Positions 39,959 through 55,897 are shown, counted from the stretch's first letter. The stretch: 64,000 nt of DNA from Chrysomallon squamiferum (GCA_012295275.1 CM022669.1:18662001-18726000), one strand, 5' to 3'. Notes: generated by a model from the letters alone, not told the origin. Made by a program: numbers and translations.

Positions 39959-40924
39959 TACATATAAGCTTACTTATAATTTCATTTTTACAGTTTACAT
40001 ACAAATCTAATTTAAGGATTTTCTAACAGTATAATCAAGATTTCAGTTTATCGCTAATGTTTTCAGCCGACATCATAGCGTTTACTCATTATTCTTGTTA
40101 ATTTGCATCAGTATCATTATCTTCATCACCATCATTATCATCATCGTATTCTTGTTGTTGTTGTTGTTACTATAAACATTCTACATTACAGATTATTTCA
40201 ATAATTTTTCGATCATTACACACACAGTTTCGATTATCTCTCACTATTTTTTTTTGTTCGCTTCTGTTAAGAATGGCTATTTTTTTTTCTCCCTGCATGT
40301 TATACTAATGCATCCTTCAAACAGAAAACAAAAGAAAAATAACAGCAGAGCACTTAACATATTTAAGGTCGTCAGGAAACGCCATTGAAACGTTTAGTTT
40401 TCTAAGACCATTATTGTAAAGAAACAAAATGGCTATCTCGACTCGGAAACAAAAGAACGGTTGTTGCTAAATGTCTGAAAGCTACAATTCTACCGATAAC
40501 TTTGATTACAAACAAGACAAAGCTTTTGTCAGCGAAACGTTTATATCATTTCTTAGACCAAGGAACCTGTTAAATAGAACTATTCAACCTGGACATTTCG
40601 ATTTTTTCTTCTTCTTCTCTTTTCACGTCTGCTTCTTCGCCGTCTCTTTCTGTTAGACAGCAGCAGACGACAGCAGGTTCATCGTGACCTCGGGGTCATG
40701 GGTCAATGGAATCGACTCGGCTGGTCAGTCAGTGTTACGGGTGACCCTTTTGTTTAGATTTTATGAGAGGTTTCATTAGTAATATTTAACCAGTTTTGTT
40801 CTGGGTGTGTATGTATGTAATGCATTTGTATGTACATGTACATACATGTATGTGTGTTTATCTATCTATCTATCTGTCTCTCTATATATATATATATATA
40901 CATAGATAAACACACATACATACA

Positions 40925-40992
<68 letters not shown>

Positions 40993-41314
40993 CAAACATA
41001 CACACATACAGACACACACACAAATAAACATTCACATATATATATCTTTCGTATATGTAGGTACACAAATACATACACAAAGAATTAATTTCAAGCATAT
41101 TACACTTCACAAACAAGAGTTTTAATCCTTTTAAAAAAAAAATATATTAATTACATTTTTTTTAAAGTACCCTTCCTTCTTAAATAGATATTAAACATTC
41201 ATTCTTATAAATAAGAAAAATAAAAAATAAAAAATATTTTATTAGTGTTAGTATCCCAGTGGATTAAAATAAATGTAAAAATAAAAATAAAAAATACCTA
41301 CATTTTTTAACTAA

Positions 41315-41456
41315 AGAGTTAGTACATTAACTGTCGCAGTTAAACCGTGAACAGAAAGTTACTGAACTTTTAAATTTTGTATCCATGTTATTGTCCTGTA
41401 GCCGCCTTTTTCTCTCTATAAACACTTTAAAATTATTCTTACTTTCAAAACTGGAC
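41315..41456 (+). repeat. Diverged ~150-bp direct repeat, copy 2 (partner 37584-37742)
   Basis: Same collinear blocks as copy 1. Confidence 0.75.
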
Positions 41457-41547
41457 TTTTATTTAGAACTGAAATTTTAAATTGAAATATTAATAAAGCG
41501 ACTGTTATTACAATATTAATTATATTACCATCAGCATCAGTAAGGAC

Positions 41548-41598
<51 letters not shown>

Positions 41599-41647
41599 TA
41601 TTATTATTATTAATTTAATTTATTTATTATTTTTGTTTATTATTATT

Positions 41648-41680
<33 letters not shown>

Positions 41681-42601
41681 GTTACCATCATTATTATCAT
41701 TTTAAAAACTGTGTCAAAATCCTCGACCAGCGTGATTTCTGAATTTTAAACGACTCGTCAGTAATCTTATTTAATTTAATTTTGACAGTCTCGGGGTTGT
41801 TGGACGGACAACAGAAAGGTGACGGTGGGTGACTGTGATTGAGCGAGCGAGAGATGGCGAAGGAGAGCCCGGTCTGAACTGGCTACAGCGCCATATTTAA
41901 AGAAACAATTACAGAAACTGTCTGCGGAATCGACAAACACACTGTGACAAATCCCAGAACGACCGTGTTAAACGCGGAGAAACATCTGTCATGTTCGTGC
42001 CGAATAAATTAAATTTTTTTTTTTTCCTTTAATATTTTTGAAAACTTGAAAAATATTTTTTTTTTTTTTTAATTTTAATTTTTTTTTTTTTTTTTTTTTT
42101 TTTACGGAAACATGCAGAATTGAGCTACTTTATTATTTTTTTTCTAGCAACTTTTTGTAATCTGTTTCTCTTTTTTGTTTTTTTTTCTGTATTCGTGTTT
42201 CAGAGAAAGGATGAACACAGTGAAACAATAAATAAAATTGTTGTTGTCTTTAATGTTATTGTTATTGTTGTTGTTGTTGTTATCGTTACCATCACCATCA
42301 CTATTACTGCACTTGATGTTGTTTTTCAAAATTTATTTTAATTTATTTTTTTAAAATTAATTTTACTCTCTCAAATTATCCCGAGCAATAACGAATGTCG
42401 AGACTTTTAAATTTTTGTATTTTCTTGTACACGAATTTCAATTGATTCTTATCCAGTTTTAAATACAAATTTTAAATGTTAATATTATCATCGTGACTAT
42501 AGTTGTTTTTGTTTTTCTCATTCTTATTCTTACAGTCATTCTTATAGCTGTTGTTGTTGAAATGATTATTATTTCTATTATTTTTGAACAGAATAAATCT
42601 G

Positions 42602-42641
<40 letters not shown>

Positions 42642-42906
42642 CATACATACATACATACATACATACATACACATATACATACATGGACACATGCATACAT
42701 ACATACATATATGCATACATATACATACACACATACAGAGTAATATTATAATACATGCACTTTTATTACAATATAGACGTTAAATTATGCAGATCAGTTC
42801 TTTTGCGGCATCTATTCCGTTCCAGAAAGTGCTCCAAATACTCTTGTATGTTTTTTCTTGTCCAGATAAAAATGTTTTCTTAGAAAAAACAAACAATATC
42901 AACAAC

Positions 42907-42976
<70 letters not shown>

Positions 42977-43741
42977 CCCAAACTAGCAGCAGAAACCGAT
43001 TCTGAAAAACATACAAGACATACATCACTAAATACTCTTTGTTTCTGTTTCATGTATTTTGTTTATTTACTTTCACCTTTTTGTAGATAGAAAAAAACAA
43101 ATAATATATATTTGAAGTACGCGCAACGCCAATATTTAAAAGTGTACATTAAACACAAGAAATAAAAAGGATTTGAAGATCGATGTGTGATGCAAATATT
43201 TCCAAATGTAAATATACGAACGGGAAACAATGTGTATTTGAAACCATCGAATTGCTACATAAATATTTTCTAATAAATGTAATTCTCACCTTCTGTAAGA
43301 GACAGAAAAAACTGAAAGCAATAATGATGATTTTTTTTTCAATGCACTCTCTTGGCTGATTAAAATTGTTTTCAAACAAACGTATAAACAACAAAATTTA
43401 AAAAAATAAGTAAATAAATAAATAAATAAAATAAAATAATATAAAATAAAATAAAATAAAAAATGAAAGGAAAAAGGTAAAAAGAAAAAAGTAAAGGAAA
43501 AAAATATAATTATTTTTTATTATTAACAGGAATAGTCTATACAAATTTTTTGTTTAATACTGAAATAAAATTAAAATAAATAAGTCTGAAAAAATGCAGG
43601 AATATTATTTTATTATTTTGTATGTATGTATGTATGTATGTATGTATGTATGTATGTATGTATGTATGTATGTATGTATGTATGTATGTATGTATCTATG
43701 TAAGTATGTATGCATTTAATAATAATTAAGGATTAATGATG

Positions 43742-43785
<44 letters not shown>

Positions 43786-43849
43786 CAAAATAATATTATT
43801 AATAATAATAATAATTGTAGTAGTAGTGGTAGTAATAATAATAATTATT

Positions 43850-44245
43850 ATTATTATTACAAATAATGTTAAATAATAAATTGCTGAATAATATAAAACA
43901 AAGCAAATAAATAAATAAATAAATATTTCCTTTATTTATTTATTTATTTTATTTTTTTATGTTTTTATGTTTTTATTTTTTTTTTATTTTTTTTTTCAAA
44001 TCGAGTTATAAAAGTGAAAACTGAAAAATAAAAACAGAGTTACAGCTATAACAGTTTAATTATCAGGTACATCTTTTATTAATACGTGAATAAGATTACA
44101 GTTTTTGTTATTTGTCAAAATTTATTTTTACCAAACATGGAGACAAGAAATGTTTAGAGGAAGTCCTCCCATGTTATCTTTCAAATCATATTCACCATGG
44201 CAAGAGAACCATCATTTCTGATTTCCTGCAGGTGGTTTAAAGTTC

Positions 44246-44296
<51 letters not shown>

Positions 44297-44510
44297 TGTC
44301 ATCATCATTATGATCATCTACATCATAATCAATACTCTTCTTGCTATTACTATTAGCACTACTACCTTTACTTCTTCTTTACCATTATCATCATCATTAT
44401 AACAATAATGCTTCATAATGTAGTGTATGTGGGTGTGTGTGTACATACGTATGTATGTGATTTTGTTTGTTTGTGTGTGTGTGTGTTTATGTATGTATGC
44501 ATGTATATAG
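43850..44510 (-). repeat. Right arm of ~0.65-kb inverted duplication (partner 24925-25600)
   Basis: Reverse complement of the left arm, including the internal (AAT)n and CA-type microsatellites. Confidence 0.92.
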
Positions 44511-44686
44511 ACTAAATTACGTATCTGTAGATGTATGTGCAATCGTTGAGACAAACACAGGGGTAATGAATTCTAGGTTATTGACATAGAATTTGTTTTG
44601 CCCTATTTCTGTCCGATGCTATAACAAGCGGAATGGAAAAAATCGGAAATGAAAACTTGTTGAGTCAATGTTTCATGCTACTTAAA

Positions 44687-44768
<82 letters not shown>

Positions 44769-45961
44769 GATACGAATCAAGCTGAAAGTTAAGTTTTAAT
44801 ATTATTGTATCAGGTCTTAAAAAAAAAGCATCACGTCTGGTTCATTTACGCTGTATCAGCGGGGCGGCCAGTTCCTCTCCTCTTCTCTTGTAACTCGCCA
44901 CTATTTGCGTGGCTCGTCTTAATGGCTGTACGTTTCTTAGTCGATGTCAAACGTAAAATCACCCCCGTCAGGCTGTGATTAGCAACAACTCAGCTACCCA
45001 CAGCCGCCTCTGTCAATGTTTAACTTGAAGCACAGCAGTTGCCCCCCTTCCCCGCTGTTTATTCTTTGTGGAAATGCGCGGGCCATATCCTCGTGTCGAA
45101 CGACGCATTCATTAACCCTTTCTGTAGAGGGCTTGGTAATAGTCCTATTGCACAAAAGCCGCAAGTAATATTTGAAAACATCAGTTCTTTTTCTTGAATC
45201 CCTATTTACAAGCATTTGTGTAACTAAAATACATATTCCGTATGTCTTTAAAATTAGTTTAGAAAAAAAAAAAAAAAAAATGGTTCTCTAGTTTAATTTT
45301 TTTTTTTTCTTTCTACTTCATCTTGAAAAGAAATGTTCGGAACACTGATGTGATAAACGCTATTTACAATCCTCCTTTGTTCTTTTTTTCCATTTTTTAA
45401 CCCCAGCCTCCCGAAGAGAGGGGCTTAAAAATGGTTCTTCTAGATTGGCGGGCGACCCGAACAAACACGGCCAGTATTGACGAAAATTCTTGCAAACAGC
45501 CAATAAATGAACACGGGCGATATAACCGGAAAATAATTGTTGGTAAACCATGATTATTCATCATGAAGAGGTTGATAAATACAGAAAGAAGATCGCATTG
45601 TACAAGCGTCCAATCAAGTTCCGCCATTGATCTGAAAACCTCATTCAAGGGAGATTACTCGTTCTGAAGGAGGGCAGTATCTCGAACGTCAATACAGTAG
45701 CGTTGTTGACAAGACCCCAGATGACGATTACTATTGACCAACGGAGAAAAAAGAAATACTTTCATTTTAGAAAAATACAATTATTTTGGACCCCTCCACT
45801 GCAAAAATCAATCGCACTTGGAATGGAATTAATTTAGTTTCCGAAAATCAGAAAAAAAAAAAAAAAAAAAAGAAGAAGAAAAAAAAAAAAAAAATAATAA
45901 CAGACTAAAAAAAGAGAGGGAGAAAGAAGAAAAGGAAGACGTGAGAGAGAGAGAGAGTGAA

Positions 45962-46046
<85 letters not shown>

Positions 46047-46417
46047 TGTGATATTTTACTTTTCATAAAAGTATTTTGCTAAAGTTTTCTCGCACAGTAT
46101 TTGGATTAATTATTTTATTCTTTTCTTTGATTACTTTTCTGCGTGAGCACGTTTAAAGATTTTTTTTTTAGTAAAGTATTCCATTAAGAAACTACAGGAA
46201 AAAACAACAAAACAACAACATAGTTCAAGGTTTAAAAAAAATAAAAATAAAAATAGAAATAAAAATACAATAAAAATAAAAATAGAAAATAATAATAATA
46301 ATTGAATGAGCTGTCAAGCAGCCTTTATATATGGAAAGTAGCTACTTTTCAAATAAAATTAACAATAAAATTTTGAAACAAATATAATTACATACATTTA
46401 ATTATATAAATATTAAT

Positions 46418-46453
<36 letters not shown>

Positions 46454-46960
46454 TAAAATCTTTCTGAAGATCAAAAGAAAATGAATAACATTGATATTTA
46501 CGTATAATAATTAATTAATAACTGTGCATTTTTGGCTGTACGTTTCCACCCATTTCTAAAAATCTGTTGATATTCAAAACAGTTATTTAATTTGAATCAA
46601 AGAAAATCGGTTCTCTGTCTCTTCATAACGGCGCCGAACAACAAAATCTGACATCGGCATTGTTGTGAAATATCAGAAATCTGAATATAATAAAATGATT
46701 AAAGTAAAGCATAAAGTGGAGTTTAATGACATCCCATCAAATATTTACATCAAACACATATTAATGTCTGTCGTTTAGCAATAATACAATGATAAAGAAA
46801 AACGAACGAATATTTTATATGTATATACGTGTTTATGTTCGTATTTATATATGTCTATGTATGTATATATGTGTATATATATATATATATATGTATGTGG
46901 TATATACGTGCACGTATGTGTATGTTTCTTCTATATCTATATGTATGTATGTAATATATG

Positions 46961-46997
<37 letters not shown>

Positions 46998-47782
46998 CTA
47001 CGTATTCGTTCATGTATGTGTGTCTGTATGTGCGTTTGTATTAAATATTGTTATATTTTCTGTTGAACAAGAAATCGAAGGAAGAAAAACGAAAAAAGAT
47101 CAGACCATAATCGTCTACTCAGAACTTTAATAATAACTTACTGTCTTACTTAATTATTATTAAAGACTGGTTTCAGTATACTAACAGAAAACAATTACTG
47201 GAAACTACACAAAGACATTGGACCATTTGTTCACCTCACCATCTGTGTAGCTTGAAGTAAAACTACAACAGAAAGTAATCCACTATTTGTAAATGTTTTA
47301 ATTGAAGATGGTTATCAATTCGTATTTATTTTTATTTTATTTTATTTTATAGTTAAATAAAATAAAGCAATCTTCATAAATTAGTCTAGTTTTTATAGAT
47401 CCAGAGAAACTTTATTTACTTAAGAGATGTCCAAATGTTCATTATTTTTTTATAGATTAATATCTAGGGTTAATTCAGAGTTATATTGAACTTGGTCAAA
47501 CCATTCTGTGTGGTTTGTTTTATTGTCCGGATATTTGTTCGTTATGGCTTTGTCATATCGGAGAGTTTGGTATACAGAAAACAATGAATCAATATTTTGT
47601 TTTCAGTCGTTGATAACAGTGATGATGATGAAATGAAGGTGATAATGATCATTAAGAAAAATAATCATGAAAAATTGATAATAATAATTATAATGACCAT
47701 TAAGAAAATGATCATCGCCATCGTTATCATTTCAGTTGTTTTTAAATTTTTATTATTATTATTATGATTATTACTACTACTC

Positions 47783-47904
<122 letters not shown>

Positions 47905-48533
47905 TCAACGACACAATTTAAAAAAAAAAAAATACTTACAGATAAAAACTACAGGGACATTAAAACCAAATGTTTTCGATTTGGTCGCGTTTCTTTTTCT
48001 ATGCATAACACAGCTAGATTAAGTAAGTACATGAATAACAAGGAAATAATTTATTTATTCATTTATTTATTATAACTGTTATTGTTATTGTTGTTACTGT
48101 TGTTTTTGTTATTACTACAACTATCAAAAATAATATCAAAGCAATAATAATTAATCATTTTACTTTTAAAAATTAAGTAAAAAATATAATTTTGCTTTGT
48201 TCTTATTTTTATTAGTCATTTTCATTATCTATCTATCTATCTACCTATCTATCTGTCTATCTATCTATATGTAATACAAATGATGCCATAATTTTCCAGA
48301 TTACGTCACAACCAAGGTGTTTATGTCTGTTTAAATAACTTAGTAGATACTGTTAACTGTATCTGACACTGCTAATAGAGATAATGAAATATTTGAAATA
48401 ACTGGTCGAAACCATTTAAGACAAAGAATAAAGCAAATATTTTTCCCGTGGGAAAATACTTTTACATTTTACAACAACAACAACAAACTACTGTTGTTGC
48501 AGCTACTACTACATTTTATTACAACTATTACTG

Positions 48534-48633
<100 letters not shown>

Positions 48634-48995
48634 ATTTATTCTTCAGATGACTGAGGAAGGTGGATAGAATAACGATTTCATTTCTGTTGACAAAGAAAAT
48701 GGTAAGAAATTGAACTGGAAATCGCAAATGGCGTATTTTTGAAAAACTAAAGAATTTGGTTTGTAACATTTATTTAAGCGTTTTTTTTTTTTTTTTTTTA
48801 TATCAGTTTTATCAGAGAATAAAATGAAATATATCAAGTAATTGTACAAATTGTACTATAATATTAACTGTTGTTAAAACTACAATTTTCTTACCTTCAA
48901 AACTAAAATGCTTTCTTCATCCACACTTAAAACTGATACATTAACTCAACAGATTATATATGTTCTAAACGGCTAGGTGGTGTGTTGTGTTCATG

Positions 48996-49028
<33 letters not shown>

Positions 49029-49819
49029 ATAATAAATGCACTGCCTGGTGAGAAATTATTATTTAAATAACTTCTAGACTCGAGTGGCATTCATTCACTG
49101 AAACTAAAATTGCCATTTTCACAATAATTTTATTTTTATTGTGCAGGTTATCGAATGAAAGAAAAAAAAGAGAGAGAGAGAGAGAGAGATATATACACTC
49201 CTATTTTCCAGCACATAATGGCCGGACTGGCACGAAATGTAAAACGTCACGAAGAATTACTCCCTCTGATAATCGTCCGCGTTTTTAAATGCGGTTAAAA
49301 ATCATCTTTTTTAATTAAAAGAGACGCGTTTTGATTGGCTGATCTTATCACCATTCTGCCCGGTCCTGCTATAATGTTTTTTTTCTTTTTTTTATTATCT
49401 CCCTCCTTGGTCTCTGGGTGGCCCGTATGACATCCGCGCATCTATGTGTCAAGGCATAAAACATATCACATTATAACAAAACTGTTTTCACTCACTGGCG
49501 AATATTAAGGGCACTCTTAAGTGCACTCAACAATGGGAAATGTATTTAATTCAGGCGGCTGAATGGAACGACAGCACGGATCGTGTTTAGCTGCCAAGTT
49601 GTGACAGATTCTCAGCCGATAGATGGCGGTGTAGAAACCCCCATGGTTCTATTGGACGCGAAGGAAATGTTTAATATCTATACATGGCTTATCTATTGTA
49701 CACTGTTTACCTATGGTATACACTCGACTAATTTCCCCCTTAACAACAAATACCGCCCCGGGGACCCGAGTAAACGTTCACCGTGTTGGGGGACGTACAA
49801 ATGATAATGATGATGATGG

Positions 49820-49854
<35 letters not shown>

Positions 49855-50304
49855 GTATCGATGATGATGAATATCAAATAGAAAAAGAAGATGATGATGA
49901 TGATGATGATAATGATGATTATCAAAAGGAAATTGAAGAAGATAATTTTGATGATTATTATAATGATGATGATTATTATGAAGAAGAAGAAGATGATGAT
50001 GACTGTGATAAGATTTGCGTAAATTGATGTATATTACCGTGGAGATACTAACACTGATATTATCTGTCTGTTTGTACGTCTCTCTGTCTGTTTGCGTGTC
50101 CATTCATCCATCCATTAGTCCACCCGCTGTCTGTCTGTCTGTCTGTCTGTGTACCTCTCCATTGGTATGTCTGCCTGCGATGTTTATTTTGTTTTTACTT
50201 GCTAACAAAACTATTTTGTTTCTTTATTTGTTTGGTTAGCTGACATCTCAGTAAATATTAATTTTTTTTTATTTATTTATTTATTTATTTGTTTATTTAT
50301 TTAC

Positions 50305-50339
<35 letters not shown>

Positions 50340-50797
50340 CTAACTTACTTACTTACTTAGTTACTAACATACTTACACTCTCACTTATTTTATTTTATTT
50401 TGTGAAATAAAATATTTACAGTATGTTGATTTAACAACTGCTGACATTTTGTGAGAGACGGACAATATTTTAATCCGCATAATAAACTCTACTTAAAACG
50501 ACAACTGATTTATTTACAAGTAAACACAAATGTCAAACGGAAACCACTGACGTGTCAAGAAGAGGCATTTTAACAAAGTGCAATGTTTGGAATGTACTTT
50601 GTATCAGCAGATTTTCTCTTGCTGAATAATTAATACGGAAAACTGATTTAAATGATCTGAATTTGCAGTTTAACCCGGGACACACACACACACACACACA
50701 CATACACACACACACACACAGATAGACATATACAATTACAAATACAAATAATAATAATAATAATAAAAACAATACAAATAATAATAATAATAAAAAC

Positions 50798-50866
<69 letters not shown>

Positions 50867-51629
50867 AAGAAGAAGAAGAAGAAGAATATAATGGAACAAA
50901 ATTAAGTAGAAGTAATAATAAAGAAATAATTAAATAAATATTTAAACAAACAAACACACAGACAGAGGGAGAAATATAGAAACAAAAATAAAACAAACAA
51001 ACAAACGAACAAACGAACAAACAAGTAAATAAATACATAGCTAGGTTTCACACTGTGGCAGTCAGATTTAGTAAACAGTTAAATTTGTAGAAAATAACAG
51101 CGTGGAAATAGTAACATAGTTGTTAAAAACAAAACTCACGCATGAAGAGTTCCATGATCAGTCCTTCTTCGGGACTCATTCCGAAGTTTACTGTGAAATT
51201 TAATAGTTTATCGAAATTAACCGTTTATTCTTTGCAGTTTTTGGGAAGGTATATATATATAAAATATATCTTGCTGACTGATAGGAATAACCCCTGGAGA
51301 GACAGCATGGGTTTTTTCTTCTGTCTTATTATCAGAAGGTTTGTGGGGTTTTTCGAAATATAAACTTTTCTTGGAAGGAGTTATCAAGTTTACCAGTTTG
51401 TATAAGAGGAAATTTATAATATAGTTATGTGTATAAAAATAAAAATCTACTTGCGAAAGAGGAAGGCTATAATTTCGTGTCTTGTTTCCAGCTTCCGTTC
51501 AGAAAATATCCATGAAAAGAAAATCCTTAACAAATTATTATAAACTTGATAAATTGGTTTTTTTTTTTTTTTTAATTTATTTATTTATTTGTTTATTTAT
51601 TTATTTATTTATTTATTATGATTATGATT

Positions 51630-51674
<45 letters not shown>

Positions 51675-51809
51675 TTTTTTACGAAATAGAAACGTTTGGA
51701 GAAAACAGATATTTAAATTGAATTATAATTAAAAAAATATTTCTCAAAAAGGAAAAAAAAAAAAAGGATATTAAAACAGTATCTCTCCAAAATAATAGTA
51801 ATAATAATT

Positions 51810-51872
<63 letters not shown>

Positions 51873-51873
51873 T

Positions 51874-51910
<37 letters not shown>

Positions 51911-51971
51911 CAGATACATAGACAGATCAAAGGCGGTTTGATTAAATTGCCTGTAGTATTTTAAACTGAAA

Positions 51972-52032
<61 letters not shown>

Positions 52033-53892
52033 TCTATCATCATCATTATTATCATTTGTGTTATATTTCTTGTCTAAGAACGAAACAAATTTTACTTGAC
52101 ACTGAACTGAAGTATCACAGATCGTTTGTCAAAATTGATTCTTAAGCTGGTATTAAATAATCACTTTTTGTCTTTATCTCTCACTTCCCCAGTAAAAATT
52201 CAACTGGTGCCAGTGCCATGTCAGCTCTTTCACTGACGATCAAAGGTTTTACTTCTTCAAGTTGTGATATTATGTTTTCAAGTGCGGTGTCATAACCGTG
52301 ATCGGAAAGATTACTTTCTCTCTCTCTCTCTCTGACACGGGTCATTTTTACAAGTTAATTGATTTTAATCAAGTTGAAATTCAATGGCGTCGCTCTTAGT
52401 TTTTGACAAGTGTGAAATATTATTTAATATCGTAGGAAGAATCTCCATCTATCCTTGACGGCAAGAACTTCATTAGGCAATATCTTTTCTTTCCTTTTTA
52501 ATTTCTGTTTCTTTTCTTTTCTTTCTTCTTTTTCTTTTTTTTTTTCAAAAATCCAGACGAAGAATTAAACGACATTTCTTTCTTTTCTCTCCGACTTTCA
52601 GAAAGAGAGAAGCCATCATCCCGCTGCGCCTCTTGAAGTCTCGTTCTTTCTTGTGCGCTTCCGACAAGTAACGGAATTTCAGACATGATACTGGTAATTT
52701 CGCTCGCATTGTGCTGGACTGTCGCCGAGCACAGAGAAAAACGTCAAATGGAATATTTTGCACGGTGACATATTTTTTTAATCTTTGCTGGCATGTGATG
52801 AATTTCTGAAACGTCCACTTGAAACGAGACTTCCCCGCAGCGATCGGACGCCATCTTTGTCATGCGCGATATTCAGAGGTGACAGATTCTCGATCAGCGA
52901 GGCCGAGTCAAAAAGAGAGACAAGAAAAGATGAAGTTCGCACAAAAGCACTTTAATTGTTCCCGCGATACTTGCTTAATTATCTTATACTTGAAGGATAA
53001 TCTTGACAACTGGTAAAGTATTTTGAAGGGCCGGTGACAAGAAAAATAAAAAAAGGGTGTAAAAAAAAAATATATATATATATAACAAATTCCATAAGGT
53101 GAGGTGGTGGAAATGTGGTGGGTTTTGTATTGTATTAAGAAGGAATTTTCTTTTTCGTTTTGGGGTGTTTTTTGTGAATAGGCGGGTGGAGGTGAAAAGA
53201 GTATATGAGAAAGTGTGGTGTTAGAAGTGAGAATTGGTGGGTTTCTACATTATTTGAAAAGATGATTTAGAGAAAGAAAAAAAAAAGGGTAGGTTTTGGG
53301 AGTATTAATAAATATGTGTTTGTGTGTGTGTGTGTGTGTGCGTGTGTGTGTAAGGATGTATGTGTACGTGTGTATGTGTGTGTATATCAAATATTGGAGA
53401 AGAAGGAAGAGAAGATAATTTTAAATTATTCATCGTTATCGTCATTGTCGTCATCATCATTATCTTAGTTATCGTCATCATCATCATCATTATTTTAAAA
53501 TCGGTTACTTGCTTTATCTTAATTTGCAAACATTGCATTCCTAAACGATACATTAAGATCATGAATGACTCGACGCGTTGCTGTTCAGTGAAACCATGAA
53601 GGAGTCAACTAACGAATTAGCTTTGTAAATGAATGAATGAATGAATATATTATTCAGTGATTCGAGGATAATGAATTACTGGTTTTATAAAATTAATGAA
53701 TCCTATCAATGAGCGCATTGTTATTCAGTGAGGTAACGAATGAATTAATTAACGAGCTAACGAAGAAATATGTAAAAAAAAAAAAAAAATAAATAAATTA
53801 ATAAATAGAACGATTTATTTATTTTGTTTATTTATTATTTAATTATTTAATTTATATTATTATTATTAGTGCGGTTGTTGTTATTGTTATTG

Positions 53893-53941
<49 letters not shown>

Positions 53942-54240
53942 CACGGTTAGTATATATTAACAAAGTTTCAACAAAATTTTGAATTCGATAAAAAACTAAA
54001 ATAAATACATCATATTTATTAAAATAATAAAAAAAAACTCAAAAAAAAAAAAAAAAAATGTAAAAAAATAAATAAATAAATAAACGGAATAAACATTTCA
54101 CTGCGCAATCTCTCAAACAAACCAAAAATATCTACCATCACCACCAACAATAATAATGAAAAAACAAAAAAAAAAACACGTCAACAACTATAAAACGATA
54201 TTAAACAAAACAGCAGAAACTCGTACAGTGAAATGTATCT

Positions 54241-54390
54241 CTGGAGATTTCTAAACAGTTTATAAATTGTGGACAAGCCAGTATAAGCTCTACGGAGAGT
54301 GTGAAGATGGTGTAAAGCTCTAATTAGAACGGGCTAAAAGGTGTGGAACAACGAAAACCTAATTAAATCTTCTAAATAATTCACAGTCGC
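54241..54390 (+). repeat. Gap-free 150-bp diverged duplicate, copy 1 (partner 56081-56230)
   Basis: Ungapped alignment at offset 1840; hand count 98/150 identical. Confidence 0.85.
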
Positions 54391-54712
54391 ACTGGGAGGA
54401 CAAAACCAGACAATTGTATTCTCCAAATAGTCGTCTGTTCAAGATCTTGTCAACGCCTGTGTGTTGTGCGTGGGCCTATTTTTTTGTTGCTCTTATTATT
54501 ATAATAATAATTATTATTATTATTATTAAATTTATTATTATTGTTGTTGTTGTTGTTGTTGTTGTTGTTATTATCATCATCATCATCATCATTATTGTTA
54601 TTATCATTATCATTATCATTATTATTATTTTTATTATTATTATTATTAAATTTATTTTTATTGTTGTTGTTATTGTTATTATTATCATCATCATCATCAT
54701 CATTATTATTAG

Positions 54713-54746
<34 letters not shown>

Positions 54747-54980
54747 GTTGTTGTTGTTGATGTCATCATTGTTATTATTAGTATTGTTGTTGTTATTGTT
54801 GTTGTTATTATTTTTATTAATATTATCATCAGTATCATTATCATTATTATTATTATTAGTATTGTTATTATTATTATTATTATTGTTGTTGTTATTACTG
54901 TGATTGTTTTTTTATTATTATTATTATTATGATTATTATTATTGTGTTGTTGGTGTTCTTGTTATTGCTTATAAAATTGA

Positions 54981-55031
<51 letters not shown>

Positions 55032-55787
55032 TGTTGTTATTTTTACTGTTGTTGCTGTTATTGTTATCACTGTTGTTGTTAACAGTTATTATTAGCTATC
55101 AAGATTCTTTCTTTAAATTCTGAAAACTCGTTTTTTTTTCTCTCTCCGCCTCTGTAACAATCGTCTCGTTTTGTCCTTGTGTTGAACTGAATATTAAACA
55201 AGCGAAAGCTGTCCGCCCTGCCGTGTTTTCAACGACTCTCTACCGGCGACGGTAATAAGATGTTAAGTACTTGAAAATGACAAAAAAAATGACAAAAATA
55301 CACGAACATCCTACATAAATCACAGTTCATACACACGCTGTCAAGTGTGTGTTATCAGAAGCGGAGAACGCTAACTGTACGATGAAGAGAGTGTGTATTA
55401 CTTGGAAATCGTAGGAGTTGAAATGTAATAAACCTTCTTTGGTGTACAAAAAGTAAATTCCCGTTCCAATAGGGGTTCGGCTGTATTGTCTTTTTTTTTT
55501 TTTTTTTTTTTTTTTTTCTTTTGATTTTGGTGTGTATTATGAATGATTTTTAACTATATTTGTTATTGTATAGAAGTTTTGGTAAAAGGGGTGTTCGCTT
55601 TAGAGGTAAAAATGAAAGTATTTTTTGTATCAGTAAATATATGTGGTAAGTAATAAAGAATAAGCATACAAATAAATATATAAGTAGATAAATATACAAA
55701 CAAACAAACAAACAAAAACATTTACTGAAATAAATAAAAGAAATATTCATCATAACCATAACATCCCTTGATTTCTTTTTCCTTTTC

Positions 55788-55826
<39 letters not shown>

Positions 55827-55833
55827 TCATCAC

Positions 55834-55897
<64 letters not shown>

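Noticed and set aside
45112-45125. Second TTAACCCTTT piggyBac-like end
   Set aside because: No matching AAAGGGTTAA terminus found nearby.
49713-50027. Asp-rich ORF resembling an acidic biomineralisation protein
   Set aside because: The acidic run comes from a degenerate (GAT)n microsatellite, and there is no signal peptide or splice support. RNA-seq would be needed to revive it.
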